Part shown: positions 49,864 to 60,699 of the stretch, one piece after another
Layout of the letters: the number at the start of each line of letters is the position of its first letter
Position numbering within the stretch: the stretch's first letter is position 1
From: a virus
Lineage: Duplodnaviria; Caudoviricetes
Strand: one strand, 5' to 3'
IMG/VR virus record: IMGVR_UViG_3300009694_000016
Location: 27,960-91,959 of that record
Length of the DNA: 64,000 bases
Notes under the pieces: model-generated
Seen by the model: the letters and a program-made list of their open reading frames with translations, nothing else
Database searches by the model: none
What the model was told of the DNA's origin: nothing
Position numbers and translations under genes: made by a program

Positions 49864-50154
49864 TTAATTTTTATCGAAAGGTTTTAATCTATTATTTAGA
49901 TCAATAAAATAATCTCCTTTTTTTATCATTTCTTCTCTAACATCTTTCCAATCAATAATTTTATTTTTCTTTTGTTTAATTATTTTATCAGATACTTCTT
50001 TGAGATCCTTAAATACTTTATCCATTATTTTATTATTTTTTTTTATGTAATTATTCTCAAAATAAATTTTACCATCGTTATCGATAACTTTCTGTAAAGT
50101 TTCAATGATTTCTTCTCTTTGTTTTAAAATATTTTTATTTTTGATTAATCTCAT
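49864..50154 (-). CDS. Hypothetical protein
   Basis: 96 aa ORF between uvsX and helicase. Confidence 0.45.
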   Translation of the reverse strand: MRLIKNKNILKQREEIIETLQKVIDNDGKIYFENNYIKKNNKIMDKVFKDLKEVSDKIIKQKKNKIIDWKDVREEMIKKGDYFIDLNNRLKPFDKN

Positions 50155-50255
50155 ATCTTTTTATTTTCATTTGAAATTTTACTTTTTCTCTATCATTCAA
50201 TTCTTCAAATAATTTATAAATTTCATCAGTTTTCATTTTATTCATTTTTATTTTT

Positions 50256-51530
50256 TTATCCAAATAATTTTTCGTCTCCTTCTTCGCTATCTATTTCAAA
50301 ATCAACATCTTGTTCGAATTCAGCGTATTGCTCATCGAGTGCTTCCATTTCTTTTTGATACTCTTCATATGATGCATATCTGAAATATTCATAAATGATT
50401 GGATCTAGAGCTTCTAATACATCTTTTGTAAATACCTTACTGTTGTATAATTGACTATCGAATAATGTTTTGTCGAGATGTTTTACATACCATTTTGATC
50501 CTGGTTCGTAAGTTATTTCTCCCGTTTTCTTGTCAACAACTGGTTTTACTTTAGCTATTCCTACTTTTTCGAAGTTCTCTGGTGTGCAAAAATAATCCAA
50601 TCCCTTAAATTCATTACATCCTTTTGAATGGTCGATTTCAAATTTAACTTTCTTTGGTTTTGCCAATCTGTTCTTTCTAGCCATTGCTGTTATTATTGAC
50701 CCTGTTGATCCTGTTGACAATTCGTCCTTATCCTTATCTTCGAGTTTGGCTTTTGATAATAAGATTATAATAGATGCTAAATAATTGAGACCCTCACCGC
50801 CAGTTTGAACCGTTTGTGGAAAGAGATCTTGTGTTAAATATGTATGATTTGTCGCAACTAATGGAATGTTAAGATATCCTAGGTCGTCTATAATAATTCT
50901 AAGCATTGATTTGGTAGCTTTTGCTCTACTCATATCTTGTTTATCATTACCCTTTATCGCGTCTTCAATTTCTTTCTTTGAAGCCAATGCCCCCAAACTA
51001 TCTATAATGAACATAGTTTTGGAAACATCTTCGCCTTTTTCTTTTTGTTTTTTAAGTTCATCCAATAATTGTGCTAAGAATATTTTAAGATTCTCAACCT
51101 TGTTGCTTCTGATAAGCATAAATTTGTTTGGATCGGATGTGTCTATACCAAACATATCAAAATCACTATTTTCAATAGCGAATTCTGTATCTATATAAAT
51201 TACATTATAATTTTCTTTTTGAGCGTTTCTAACAATATTTAAACATATATAAGATTTTCCTGTTTGATAAGGTCCTGCAAATATTGTAAATCGATTTGCT
51301 GGAATTCCACCGCGAAGAATGCTTTTAGATAAAAGAGCATTTAAAATGTATATTCCCGTGCCAATATATTTTCTTTCTTTCTTTAGATTATCTATTGTAA
51401 TCATTGATTTCTTTGATAGATTCTCTATAACGCTGGATATTTTTCCTAGATTGAATCCACTATCCTTTGGTTTTCCTGTGGTTTTAGCCATATTAATAAT
51501 ATTCTTTTTTGGAATGCCATATTGCGACAT
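50256..51530 (-). CDS. uvsX: RecA-like recombinase (UvsX)
   Basis: GPYQTGKS Walker A, YIDTE, IIDSLGAL, TNHTY, GGEGLNY; start may be at 51491. Confidence 0.9.
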   Translation of the reverse strand: MSQYGIPKKNIINMAKTTGKPKDSGFNLGKISSVIENLSKKSMITIDNLKKERKYIGTGIYILNALLSKSILRGGIPANRFTIFAGPYQTGKSYICLNIVRNAQKENYNVIYIDTEFAIENSDFDMFGIDTSDPNKFMLIRSNKVENLKIFLAQLLDELKKQKEKGEDVSKTMFIIDSLGALASKKEIEDAIKGNDKQDMSRAKATKSMLRIIIDDLGYLNIPLVATNHTYLTQDLFPQTVQTGGEGLNYLASIIILLSKAKLEDKDKDELSTGSTGSIITAMARKNRLAKPKKVKFEIDHSKGCNEFKGLDYFCTPENFEKVGIAKVKPVVDKKTGEITYEPGSKWYVKHLDKTLFDSQLYNSKVFTKDVLEALDPIIYEYFRYASYEEYQKEMEALDEQYAEFEQDVDFEIDSEEGDEKLFG

Positions 51531-51626
51531 TATTGACTTTTTTACGCCGATAATATCAAAAAGTTTAATTTTATTTGTTTCGGATCGTTTATAAAATATA
51601 TATATTAAAAAATAAAAACCAAGACA

Positions 51627-52028
51627 ATGGCAAATAGTTTCTATCTAACCTTATGTAAATCCAGGAAAAAATTTGACAAATATTGTAAAGTTAATAGATT
51701 GAAGAACAAAGTTATAGTTGATATAAAATTAGCACTCGAAGAAAATGAAATCTACGATGACAGATATAACGATTATTTTAATTTGATGATTTACACACGT
51801 ATAGTTCAATCTCTAAACAAAGGTAAAGACATATATTATATTCCAAATTTTCAAAACGAAAAGCTTGATATAAATGAAATATTGAAAATTAAAAAAATCT
51901 TAAAAGATGGCACAATGTTCAATATACTTATGTTCTTCGATGAATTTAGAGATGATACAAGAATTCAAAATGATGTTCTAACAAACTTATCAGTATTTGA
52001 TAATTCACAATTATTAAAAGATTATTGA
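51627..52028 (+). CDS. Hypothetical protein
   Basis: 133 aa ORF with TATATA motif upstream. Confidence 0.6.
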   Translation: MANSFYLTLCKSRKKFDKYCKVNRLKNKVIVDIKLALEENEIYDDRYNDYFNLMIYTRIVQSLNKGKDIYYIPNFQNEKLDINEILKIKKILKDGTMFNILMFFDEFRDDTRIQNDVLTNLSVFDNSQLLKDY

Positions 52029-52029
52029 A

Positions 52030-52302
52030 ATGAAAAGAATTATTTTAGTCATATTAATGTTTCTTTTCTCTACTGCGGTATTAGGTCAAAACAAATGCAT
52101 GAATAGTAGAGAGTTTATACTTCCAAAAGATGTTGGTATAAACTATTTTTGCAATAATGGATTAAAATCAAATTATTATATTGGAGATAATTATTGGACT
52201 AATATCAAAATATTAACTAAAGTAGATACTCCAAAGATAAAATATCCAGATTTAAATATTAAAAAGAAATCTTATTTGAAAAAGAAATATTTGCTTAAAT
52301 AA
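52030..52302 (+). CDS. Hypothetical secreted protein
   Basis: MKRIILVILMFLFSTAVLG-Q signal peptide. Confidence 0.5.
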   Translation: MKRIILVILMFLFSTAVLGQNKCMNSREFILPKDVGINYFCNNGLKSNYYIGDNYWTNIKILTKVDTPKIKYPDLNIKKKSYLKKKYLLK

Positions 52303-52690
52303 GTTTTTTTATTAATGTAAAATATGGCTCATCATCTTCAACATCGTCAAAATCTTTATATACTTCAAAACCATTTTTAAAATATAAATTTAACGCTTTT
52401 TGATTATCTTTATAAACATTCAAAAGTATATAATCAATTTTAAGATCATTTTTCACATAATTAAATATCTGATCTAATAGATACCTCATAAAACCTTTTC
52501 CTCGTGATTCCTTGATGGTTTTTAATCTAAAAAGACCTACATATTTTTGATTAAATAAATTGTCTGATTGCGCGATAACAAAATATGACTCTGCTACACA
52601 AACATCTTCTGAGAATAATTGAAATCTACTTGCATCAACTACAAATCTTTTTGCTGGTTCTAGAAATTCATATAATTTTTTTATTTTCAT
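52295..52690 (-). CDS. GNAT family acetyltransferase with CTS-like N-terminus
   Basis: ESRGKGFMR acetyl-CoA motif, VYKDNQKALNLYFKNGF; MKIKKLYEFLE. Confidence 0.85.
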   Translation of the reverse strand: MKIKKLYEFLEPAKRFVVDASRFQLFSEDVCVAESYFVIAQSDNLFNQKYVGLFRLKTIKESRGKGFMRYLLDQIFNYVKNDLKIDYILLNVYKDNQKALNLYFKNGFEVYKDFDDVEDDEPYFTLIKKLI

Positions 52691-53475
52691 CTTTCAAAAT
52701 AGGGTGGTAATTTTCTTTTATGTTCGCTTCTATGATATAGGTTTTCAATTTTTCTTACAACTTCTTCTGTAACAGGGCAATCACCAGTTTTAGCTATTTT
52801 CCAATTCCAATATTTTTCAAAATCGTCATAAGAAAATCCCAATTCATCTTCGTCCACAACGCCTTTAATTAATCCTGCGCTTGGTATGCGATTTACTAAA
52901 TCATCAGGCAAACCAAAATATTTTACAAATTGTTTTATTTCAGATTTATAATAATTTGCAAGTGGCTCTATATCAACACCATGACCTCCATCACCAGCCT
53001 TGGTAAAATATCCAACCATATCTTCTGATTTATTGGTAGTACCTAAAACCAAATAACCGTTTATTTCTGCATACATTCTAAGAATTGTCATTCTTATTCT
53101 GGCTTGAATATTTCCAAGAGCAAACGGTTTTATTTCACCATCATGTTCTTTTATTATAGCTTCGACAGTTCCTCTTATTGGATGAACAACATGTTTTATT
53201 CCAAAATGTTTGACTACTCTCATTCCATCACCAACATCATCTTTATATTCAACTATAGAAGGAAGTAAAACTCCGAGTACATTTTCTTTTCCAACGGCCA
53301 TAACAGCTAAACCGCACGATGCAGTTGAATCAATTCCACCAGATATACCAACAACAAAACCTTTTGATCCAGAATTTTTTATATAATTTCTAAGCCATTC
53401 TGATATTCTTTCGGCGTCACTTTCTATATTTTCTACACTTTCTCTTAAATATTGTGTGAAATTTATTATTTTCAT
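52687..53475 (-). CDS. nadE: NH3-dependent NAD+ synthetase with CTS-like N-terminus
   Basis: GISGGIDS, GNIQARIRM, GTTNKSE, GYFTKAGDG, PSAGL...DEDELG, SEHKR. Confidence 0.93.
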   Translation of the reverse strand: MKIINFTQYLRESVENIESDAERISEWLRNYIKNSGSKGFVVGISGGIDSTASCGLAVMAVGKENVLGVLLPSIVEYKDDVGDGMRVVKHFGIKHVVHPIRGTVEAIIKEHDGEIKPFALGNIQARIRMTILRMYAEINGYLVLGTTNKSEDMVGYFTKAGDGGHGVDIEPLANYYKSEIKQFVKYFGLPDDLVNRIPSAGLIKGVVDEDELGFSYDDFEKYWNWKIAKTGDCPVTEEVVRKIENLYHRSEHKRKLPPYFER

Positions 53476-53491
53476 ATTTTATCTTTTTATT

Positions 53492-54022
53492 TTAGTATAA
53501 TTCGAAATCTTCATATGGATATCCTCCCCATCCATTAGGAGTATCCGTAAACCATATATACTGCGTCACTGCTCCTTCTACTGTTTTTATCTCTCCAGCT
53601 TTTATTTCTCTTTTATATTTTTTATTTTCAGCAGCCTTAGTATTTATACTATTTTTAATACATATAACTCTATCTCCAGTATGCAAGTTATACATATCTA
53701 ACTTTTTGTCAGTTGGCATCCTATATTCACTCATTTCACTTTGCCATTTGTTATGTAAAGAAACCCAAAAATCGCCTCTTTCGGTAGTGCGCCACCAACT
53801 AAACGCTCTATTTATATATTCATGTTTTGGACAACGTGAAAAAACAAAATCCGGTTTACAATTTGCTAAATAAGATTCATAAGCATCGTTATCAATCAAA
53901 AATTGACGAAAACCATCATCTGTAATTTTATCATTATATTCAATTGGTATTTCTTCCTCCCATTTTCCTTTGGAGTACCATTTAATAGCTTCAAATATTT
54001 TAAATGTTTTTATCATAATCAT
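53492..54022 (-). CDS. Hypothetical with CTS-like N-terminus; paralogue of 63270..63611
   Basis: MIKTFKIFE; shared FL....YI..F.W.....FW..LH.KWQ domain. Confidence 0.6.
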   Translation of the reverse strand: MIMIKTFKIFEAIKWYSKGKWEEEIPIEYNDKITDDGFRQFLIDNDAYESYLANCKPDFVFSRCPKHEYINRAFSWWRTTERGDFWVSLHNKWQSEMSEYRMPTDKKLDMYNLHTGDRVICIKNSINTKAAENKKYKREIKAGEIKTVEGAVTQYIWFTDTPNGWGGYPYEDFELY

Positions 54023-54091
54023 TCTTATATATTAATTTTTCATTTTGTAATGTCGCATTTTTAATATATAAAAGAAAAAGGACTTTTAAAA

Positions 54092-55792
54092 ATGTATTCT
54101 GAGATTAGTTTCATATTCGATAAATCTTTAAATAATTTCAATAACAAGGCTATTTTATCTGATGGCACACTAGGAGAGCCAAATACTGGAAATATTTATG
54201 GCAAGAAAATGAGAATTCGCCCAGCTCAACAAAACACTCAAACATCACAAGGCCAACAAACCACAACCAGTCAAGGAAGCAGTACTCAAAATCCATCGGG
54301 AGATCCAAATCAAAGTTTACAGGATGCGATATTAGTTTATAAAGGTAAAGATGAAAATGATACGATTCAAAATTATTATAAGGGAAGTGTTTTTTATAAA
54401 GATGATACCAATGAAGATCCTTATATATCTTTAATGCAGTGGAGTGGTGATGCATCAAGAAGATCTTTGAGATTAAGAGCTGCGGATTTCGCATATTTAA
54501 AAGATCTAGGAGTTTATCCAATAAATAGACTTTGGATATTAAGACGTTTTCCTGATAACTGTGTTGTTCCTAATAATTTGTTGGAATGGGGAAATAATGC
54601 GATTGAGCCAGTATCTACTATTGTTGGTTGGATAAAAGATAGAGAAGATGCAGAATTCCTATCTGTTTCTTTTCACGAAGTGTGGATCGATCAAAATAAT
54701 ATGATAGATAAAGTTATTGGAGAAATACTCAAAAATGAATTTGGTTTAGCTGGCGATAAGGTAATGAGCGTTCCGGGTTGGGGTCAAGGTGTGTTGTTTG
54801 GAATGTTGCAAGCGATGGGATTTACTGATGACTTCAACGCTTTTAATGTTGTTACAGGAGATCCTAACGTTCTTAGAGTTGGTAAAATGAGAGACATAAA
54901 TAATCAAGGACTGGTATCAAAAATGAATGTTGAACTCAATACTTGTTATGAGCAAAAATATATTAATGGCATTGATCCAGGAATGGCTATGATGGATATA
55001 ATTTCAAATTTAGCGAAATTGGGAACATCCGATCAAAAATTTATATTGAGCAGCACAAATGAAGTAATAAAACAATTTATAAATAATGTAAATAATACTG
55101 TTGGTCTTGGGGCCTGGATAGATTTAATGCAAAAATTAATAGACGGATTTATAGGTGGTGTTCAAAAATTTATAGATCAAATGAAAAGTAATCCTCCAGC
55201 AGAACAAGAACAACCAGCTCCATCAAATAATACTGATAATGATAGTAAATCTAAAGATGAATCTAATCCAATAACAGCCGCCGCCGTAGAAAGTAAACTT
55301 GGAGTTATGAAGAATGTTCTTTCGAATCTTACAAATTCTTTATTGGCTGGAACCGTCTATAAATATAGATGGCCCATGAAAGGTACTATAGGTTTAATGA
55401 CTGGTATATCAACAACTCCCTGGCATTTGACTGTTGGTAATCCATATTCTCCAATAATAAATATTGGAAATATTGTTGTAAATGATGTTAATATTAAATT
55501 GAGCAACGATTTGGGATTTAACGATATGCCAGCAAGAATAGATGTTAATGTTCAAATAGATTTTGGAAGGCCTCTTGGTAAACAAGAAATTGAAAAAATG
55601 TTTAATAATGGATATAAAAGATTATATTCTAAATCTAAGAATGATTCTATGTCAGAATCAGTAACGCCGACTAGTCAAGTTACTGCAAACGAGACACCGT
55701 CCACCGTCAATGTTAATAATAATCAAGGTCAACCAGTCGGCACAAAAACATTAATAAACAAGAGCGTTTATAATCCATTCGCTCCACAGTAA
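54092..55792 (+). CDS. Probable baseplate/tail structural protein
   Basis: First gene of the baseplate operon; TPWHLTVGNP...LGFNDMP C-terminal region. Confidence 0.55.
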   Translation: MYSEISFIFDKSLNNFNNKAILSDGTLGEPNTGNIYGKKMRIRPAQQNTQTSQGQQTTTSQGSSTQNPSGDPNQSLQDAILVYKGKDENDTIQNYYKGSVFYKDDTNEDPYISLMQWSGDASRRSLRLRAADFAYLKDLGVYPINRLWILRRFPDNCVVPNNLLEWGNNAIEPVSTIVGWIKDREDAEFLSVSFHEVWIDQNNMIDKVIGEILKNEFGLAGDKVMSVPGWGQGVLFGMLQAMGFTDDFNAFNVVTGDPNVLRVGKMRDINNQGLVSKMNVELNTCYEQKYINGIDPGMAMMDIISNLAKLGTSDQKFILSSTNEVIKQFINNVNNTVGLGAWIDLMQKLIDGFIGGVQKFIDQMKSNPPAEQEQPAPSNNTDNDSKSKDESNPITAAAVESKLGVMKNVLSNLTNSLLAGTVYKYRWPMKGTIGLMTGISTTPWHLTVGNPYSPIINIGNIVVNDVNIKLSNDLGFNDMPARIDVNVQIDFGRPLGKQEIEKMFNNGYKRLYSKSKNDSMSESVTPTSQVTANETPSTVNVNNNQGQPVGTKTLINKSVYNPFAPQ

Positions 55793-55806
55793 AATAATAA
55801 AATGAT

Positions 55807-56277
55807 ATGAGTTATTTATATACTTTAGAAACGGTGCAAAGAGATGAAACGATGGATGACCTTTATGATGTTGTTGATCCTGTTGTTATATGGGATGATA
55901 ACATCAGTTATTATCCTTATGTTGTTCAAGATGAAGAAGCTATGAGAATAGACCTTATTTGTTATAGCATTTATGGAAATTTTAATTACATAGATGAGCT
56001 TCTGACAATAAACAATATAATAAATCCTTGGAGTATAAAGGCCGGAGATATTATTAAATTTTGTGAAGAAGACGCTCTTATTGGATTACAATTGAAAGCT
56101 AAAACCGATCAACAAAGAATTGTTGTGGATTTAATTAATCCTAGCAAAGATACTAAAAAAGATCCTAATCGTGAAGATGGTACAGGTCTTACGCCAACAA
56201 TTCGTCCTGCTAATATCAAAGAAGTTGATATTAACTTCGATAATAAAACTATGAAAATAATGGATAGATTAACATGA
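55807..56277 (+). CDS. Baseplate wedge protein (gp53-like, LysM-like)
   Basis: MRIDLICYSIYG...LLTINNIINPWSIKAGDII. Confidence 0.75.
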   Translation: MSYLYTLETVQRDETMDDLYDVVDPVVIWDDNISYYPYVVQDEEAMRIDLICYSIYGNFNYIDELLTINNIINPWSIKAGDIIKFCEEDALIGLQLKAKTDQQRIVVDLINPSKDTKKDPNREDGTGLTPTIRPANIKEVDINFDNKTMKIMDRLT

Positions 56278-57677
56278 TTGAAGTTATAAATAGATCGAAA
56301 AAGAAATTAGTTACTCTTCAATGGGAGTATAAAGAGACTGTAAAAGATAGAGATGCATCTAGTTATGCTGATACTATAGGCACTTTGCCTTATGTAGTCG
56401 TGAACGGAATAACAATTGAAAGTAAAGATATTCATTATTTCAAATTACATAACGATAGATATTTCCCAGAGCTTGAGATGACCTTTGAAGATCCAACTAA
56501 TAGAATATGGGACTCAGGATTTCCACTTGATCAACAAATAGTTAGTATATTGATTAAATCCAATTCAGAATTATTAATGCCTATAAGAATGGATTTTTGG
56601 ATTTATGAATTTAATTCTGTAAAAAACAAAGGCGGAGAAGTCGAGGATAAGAAATATAATCTTTATGCTAAACTTAATGTTCCATTTATCATAAAGAACG
56701 CTAGTTTTAAAGGATCCAGTTATGATGTTTTAAAACAGATTGCTGAAGAAGCAGAACTTGGCTTTGCTTCAAATATAGATAGTACTAATGACAATATGAC
56801 TTGGATAAATTGTGGAATAGACTATGTTCGCGAACATATACCCGAAATTGTACAACGATCATATATAAGTGACAATACATTTGCTTGGGCGTATATTGAT
56901 TTTTGGTATAATTTAAATTATATAGATATTGAAAAACAATTAAAAGAAAGTACAGACGGTGCTAAGACCGTTGATCCAAATGCTTCTGTAACAGGTAAAG
57001 ATAATATGATACCTCTTTTATTGTCAAATCATCCTAATTATAGAGCCACTAATCTTTATATAGAAAAATTTAATTTATTAAACAACTCAACTGAAATAAA
57101 TCAAAAACTTGGATACAAACCACATATTTATTATTATTCTACAATAGAAAGAGTAATAACAGATGTGTTATTGGATACAATATCTACAAAAGGAGATAAT
57201 AGTGATAAAATAGTTTTGAAAGGTCAACCCGATAATAATAATTTCGCTTTAGATCAACAAAAAAATTATTTTCTTGGAAAAGTAGATACTAGTAATGCAC
57301 ACGAGAACTATTTATACGCAGAACAACTAAATCTTCACAATATGGAGTTTTTACAGAATATAAGTATGACTGTAATATTAAAAAACATTAACTTTCAATT
57401 ATATAGATTTCAACCAATAAAAATTGAATTATATAAATTAAGAGAGTTGGATTCTAGTTTAAATCCCGTATCTCCTGCGGATGTAAGTGATGCTAAAGAT
57501 GTTGATAAATATAAATTAAATGAGAGACTCAGTGGAGATTGGCTTATAGTTGGAATAAATTATACACACGTTAAGAAAGGATTATCTCCAGCGAGATTAG
57601 TTCAAGAAGTAACTTTAGTGAGAAGAGATTTGAGCGCTGCAAAAATAGCAAAAAATGATAATACAGTAAATGGCTGA
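56274..57677 (+). CDS. Probable baseplate hub protein (gp27-like)
   Basis: Position between gp53-like and gp5-like genes; LSGDWLIVGINY...VTLVRR C-terminal pattern. Confidence 0.55.
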   Translation: MIEVINRSKKKLVTLQWEYKETVKDRDASSYADTIGTLPYVVVNGITIESKDIHYFKLHNDRYFPELEMTFEDPTNRIWDSGFPLDQQIVSILIKSNSELLMPIRMDFWIYEFNSVKNKGGEVEDKKYNLYAKLNVPFIIKNASFKGSSYDVLKQIAEEAELGFASNIDSTNDNMTWINCGIDYVREHIPEIVQRSYISDNTFAWAYIDFWYNLNYIDIEKQLKESTDGAKTVDPNASVTGKDNMIPLLLSNHPNYRATNLYIEKFNLLNNSTEINQKLGYKPHIYYYSTIERVITDVLLDTISTKGDNSDKIVLKGQPDNNNFALDQQKNYFLGKVDTSNAHENYLYAEQLNLHNMEFLQNISMTVILKNINFQLYRFQPIKIELYKLRELDSSLNPVSPADVSDAKDVDKYKLNERLSGDWLIVGINYTHVKKGLSPARLVQEVTLVRRDLSAAKIAKNDNTVNG

Positions 57678-60600
57678 AGATATTAATATAATGACAGTTC
57701 CTAAATATGTGCCTAAAGCTCCTAATCAAAGAGAAGGAACTGGATATAACAGTGATACGCGACAATCTATCGAACCAAGTTTTATTGATGTTCAAACAAC
57801 AGTAGATCTTGATTCTGATGCTTTTAAATATGGTTATGGGTATAAAAGTGGTCCTTCGATGGAAACTATGCAAACCGATCCATTGTTCTTTTTCCAAGAT
57901 CCTTTGTTTCCTACATATGATGTTATATTAGACACCACAAGATCTCCTTTATTTATAGTGAATTCTGGCGATACATATAACAATAGTCTCGCAAAATTCT
58001 TATCTGATTATTCAGACATATATTCAATGAGATCCCGTATTAAAATACACGAACAGTTCTTAAAAACTTTATATAATTTATTTAACACAGAATTTAATCA
58101 AATAGAAAGGAATAAATCATATTATATAAATAGCATATCGGGATTAGATAATTTGACAGCAAGAATTGTAGATTTTGAAAAACAAAAAATAACAATTAAT
58201 CTTAATGAAGATATATCAATGGTAGCTACGTATTTAGCTCAATTATATAATAATTTATCTTATTCTTACAAAGATCAAAAATTAATGATACCTTATAATC
58301 TTCTAAGATTTAACATGTACATTAAAGTGCATGATGTTAGAAATATGCCATTTTATATTCCTAACGCTGATAGTGGAACAACAACATCATTTGATAAATC
58401 TTATGTTATTTATGTCCTTAGAGATTGCTCTTTTGATTTTAAGAAATCTAAGAATTTTGAAGATAGTATTACTGCTGGTGGTTTTGATGCTGGAGCTCCA
58501 ACAAAAACATCCAGCATTTCATTTGATGTTGTATATAAATCTATTGAAATTGAATCTGAATTTCCACTTATTATGGATTTGTGGGATGTTGGAAGCAGTG
58601 CCCTTAAACTTAATAATAAAGATTCTTCTCTTACTTTCGGACAAAGTGAAGATAATAAACCAACAGCTTTAGAGTACAATATCGTATTTATGAATAATTA
58701 CAAAACTCCACAAAGCTTTGCTGATGAATTAACTCAAAGTTCTACGTTTAATAACGATCAAGACTCATCAATAGCTAGAAATAGAACGCTATTGAATAGT
58801 ACTTCTGGAAGTACTGCTGAGGCTCAACGAAATTATAAATTTGGAGTCGTTTCTTCTGACACTAATAGTTCAACTAGAGAAGGTGACATTAAAGAAGTGG
58901 ATAGAAAATACGAACCAACATCAAATATTACTTTTGAAGATATGAATAATCATCGAGTAGATTCTTTAAATGATTGGCGTTTATACGACCCAGCGGTTTT
59001 CGATGGCGAGTGGAATACTGGTTTTGGTCAATCTGGTCCAGAAGTTCAAGCCTTAAAAACTAGTTTTATGAATGAAGTGGCGTTGTACGAATTCTTATTT
59101 AGTCTTCCGCAAAATATATTAACAAAATTCTTTGGTGGAATGCATGGATTGAATCCTCTAATTCCAATTTATGTACCCGATGAACCTTCTAATATTCCTC
59201 CAATGGAAGAAATATATGTTTATTCTGGTGAAACAAATGACCTTCACAAATCACCCGCTGGAGATACAGTAGATACAGAAACAAAAACAAAAAGACAACC
59301 ACTCGACGCTTTTATGCAATTCGATTTAAAACCATCTAAACATATATCTGGTAGTATAGATACACATTTCGATCCGAGAAAATATCTTGACGGTGAATTT
59401 ATACCATTTGCGTTAAGACCCAGACAACCAATCGACGCTTTTATACCATTTGCGTTAAGACCCAGACAACCACTCGACGCTTTTATACCATTTGCTTTAA
59501 GACCTCCACAGAAGTTGTCTGGAAAACTCGAATTTGTCATAAAACCAAAAGATCAGTTGGATGCTCGTATAGATACTACACCGCGTCCTTATAAACCTGT
59601 GTTGGGCGTTATAGATACTACTATAAAACCAAAAGAACCTTTAGATATTGTATTGGATATGACACCTCGAGAACGTGAGTTAGAGCTTGGAAGACTATAT
59701 GAAAACACATACGGTCAAAGAGAAATAGATCTTGGTTTATTATATTCTGCTGTAAAAAAAGAGCATCTTTTGCCTTTATTATATTTATATTCCAAAACAG
59801 ATAAATTTAATAATCTGACCGATTATAAGGTTTACAACAACGCTGAGTCAGAAATAAAACCATTGGATGCTAGAATTGATCAACAGACAAGACAAATAAA
59901 TCCATTACAAATAATTTACAAATATGACAATAATATAGATATGGAGAAAACTCTTGGCAATCTGTTGTTATATAATAATGAGATTACAAAATTGAAAAAT
60001 CTGGAGATCATAGATCTATATGGAAAAGTTGAAGCTAAAAACGAACTCACAGAAAAATATCTTTATGAAAATGAAAGAGCTGAAGTGAAGAGTTTAGATG
60101 ATCAACATATTCAAATGCAAAGAAAGAAACAGTCGCAAACAGATCTTGGAAGCATTGATACTAGTGTTGAATACATTTTAAAACCAAAACTCGGTTATAT
60201 TTATACTTTAGAAGATACAGAAAAGAAACTTTTAGAGCCTGTAAAACTATATCAACCTCCAAAGAAATCTTCGATAGAGCTTGATCTTGGTGAGATATAT
60301 GAAAAATTCAAATATAGAGGAAACATATTTGATCAGAAGATAAAACCGGAAGAAATTAAAGATGAAGAAAGAACAAATGTACTAGAACACGATAGAATAG
60401 AAGTGGCTCCATTTAAGAGGAACAAAAATATTCTCAATCCAACTGAAGAAGAAAGAAAAAAAGAAGCCTCGAAAGACTTGGAAGAAAGAAAGAGAAAGGA
60501 TGAAGAATACAAAGGTCTTCACGGAGATAAACTAGAGCATGGAAAAATTATAGAACAATCATTTGAAAGACGAAATATAACAGAAGAAGATAAAGGCGAT

Positions 60601-60699
60601 GAAAGAGAAAAAAGTTTTTTAGATGGGCAAAAACTAGACACTCGTGAGGATATGAGCACAAGAGAAAAGAATGGATTAGATCATGAAAGACTTAGATAA
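57670..60699 (+). CDS. Large hypothetical structural protein with internal 14-aa repeats
   Basis: 1009 aa in the baseplate operon. Confidence 0.6.
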   Translation: MAEDINIMTVPKYVPKAPNQREGTGYNSDTRQSIEPSFIDVQTTVDLDSDAFKYGYGYKSGPSMETMQTDPLFFFQDPLFPTYDVILDTTRSPLFIVNSGDTYNNSLAKFLSDYSDIYSMRSRIKIHEQFLKTLYNLFNTEFNQIERNKSYYINSISGLDNLTARIVDFEKQKITINLNEDISMVATYLAQLYNNLSYSYKDQKLMIPYNLLRFNMYIKVHDVRNMPFYIPNADSGTTTSFDKSYVIYVLRDCSFDFKKSKNFEDSITAGGFDAGAPTKTSSISFDVVYKSIEIESEFPLIMDLWDVGSSALKLNNKDSSLTFGQSEDNKPTALEYNIVFMNNYKTPQSFADELTQSSTFNNDQDSSIARNRTLLNSTSGSTAEAQRNYKFGVVSSDTNSSTREGDIKEVDRKYEPTSNITFEDMNNHRVDSLNDWRLYDPAVFDGEWNTGFGQSGPEVQALKTSFMNEVALYEFLFSLPQNILTKFFGGMHGLNPLIPIYVPDEPSNIPPMEEIYVYSGETNDLHKSPAGDTVDTETKTKRQPLDAFMQFDLKPSKHISGSIDTHFDPRKYLDGEFIPFALRPRQPIDAFIPFALRPRQPLDAFIPFALRPPQKLSGKLEFVIKPKDQLDARIDTTPRPYKPVLGVIDTTIKPKEPLDIVLDMTPRERELELGRLYENTYGQREIDLGLLYSAVKKEHLLPLLYLYSKTDKFNNLTDYKVYNNAESEIKPLDARIDQQTRQINPLQIIYKYDNNIDMEKTLGNLLLYNNEITKLKNLEIIDLYGKVEAKNELTEKYLYENERAEVKSLDDQHIQMQRKKQSQTDLGSIDTSVEYILKPKLGYIYTLEDTEKKLLEPVKLYQPPKKSSIELDLGEIYEKFKYRGNIFDQKIKPEEIKDEERTNVLEHDRIEVAPFKRNKNILNPTEEERKKEASKDLEERKRKDEEYKGLHGDKLEHGKIIEQSFERRNITEEDKGDEREKSFLDGQKLDTREDMSTREKNGLDHERLR
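59398..59504 (+). repeat. 42-bp coding tandem repeat (FIPFALRPRQPxDA), about 2.5 copies
   Basis: Units start at 59398, 59440, 59482; degenerate copies flank them. Confidence 0.85.
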
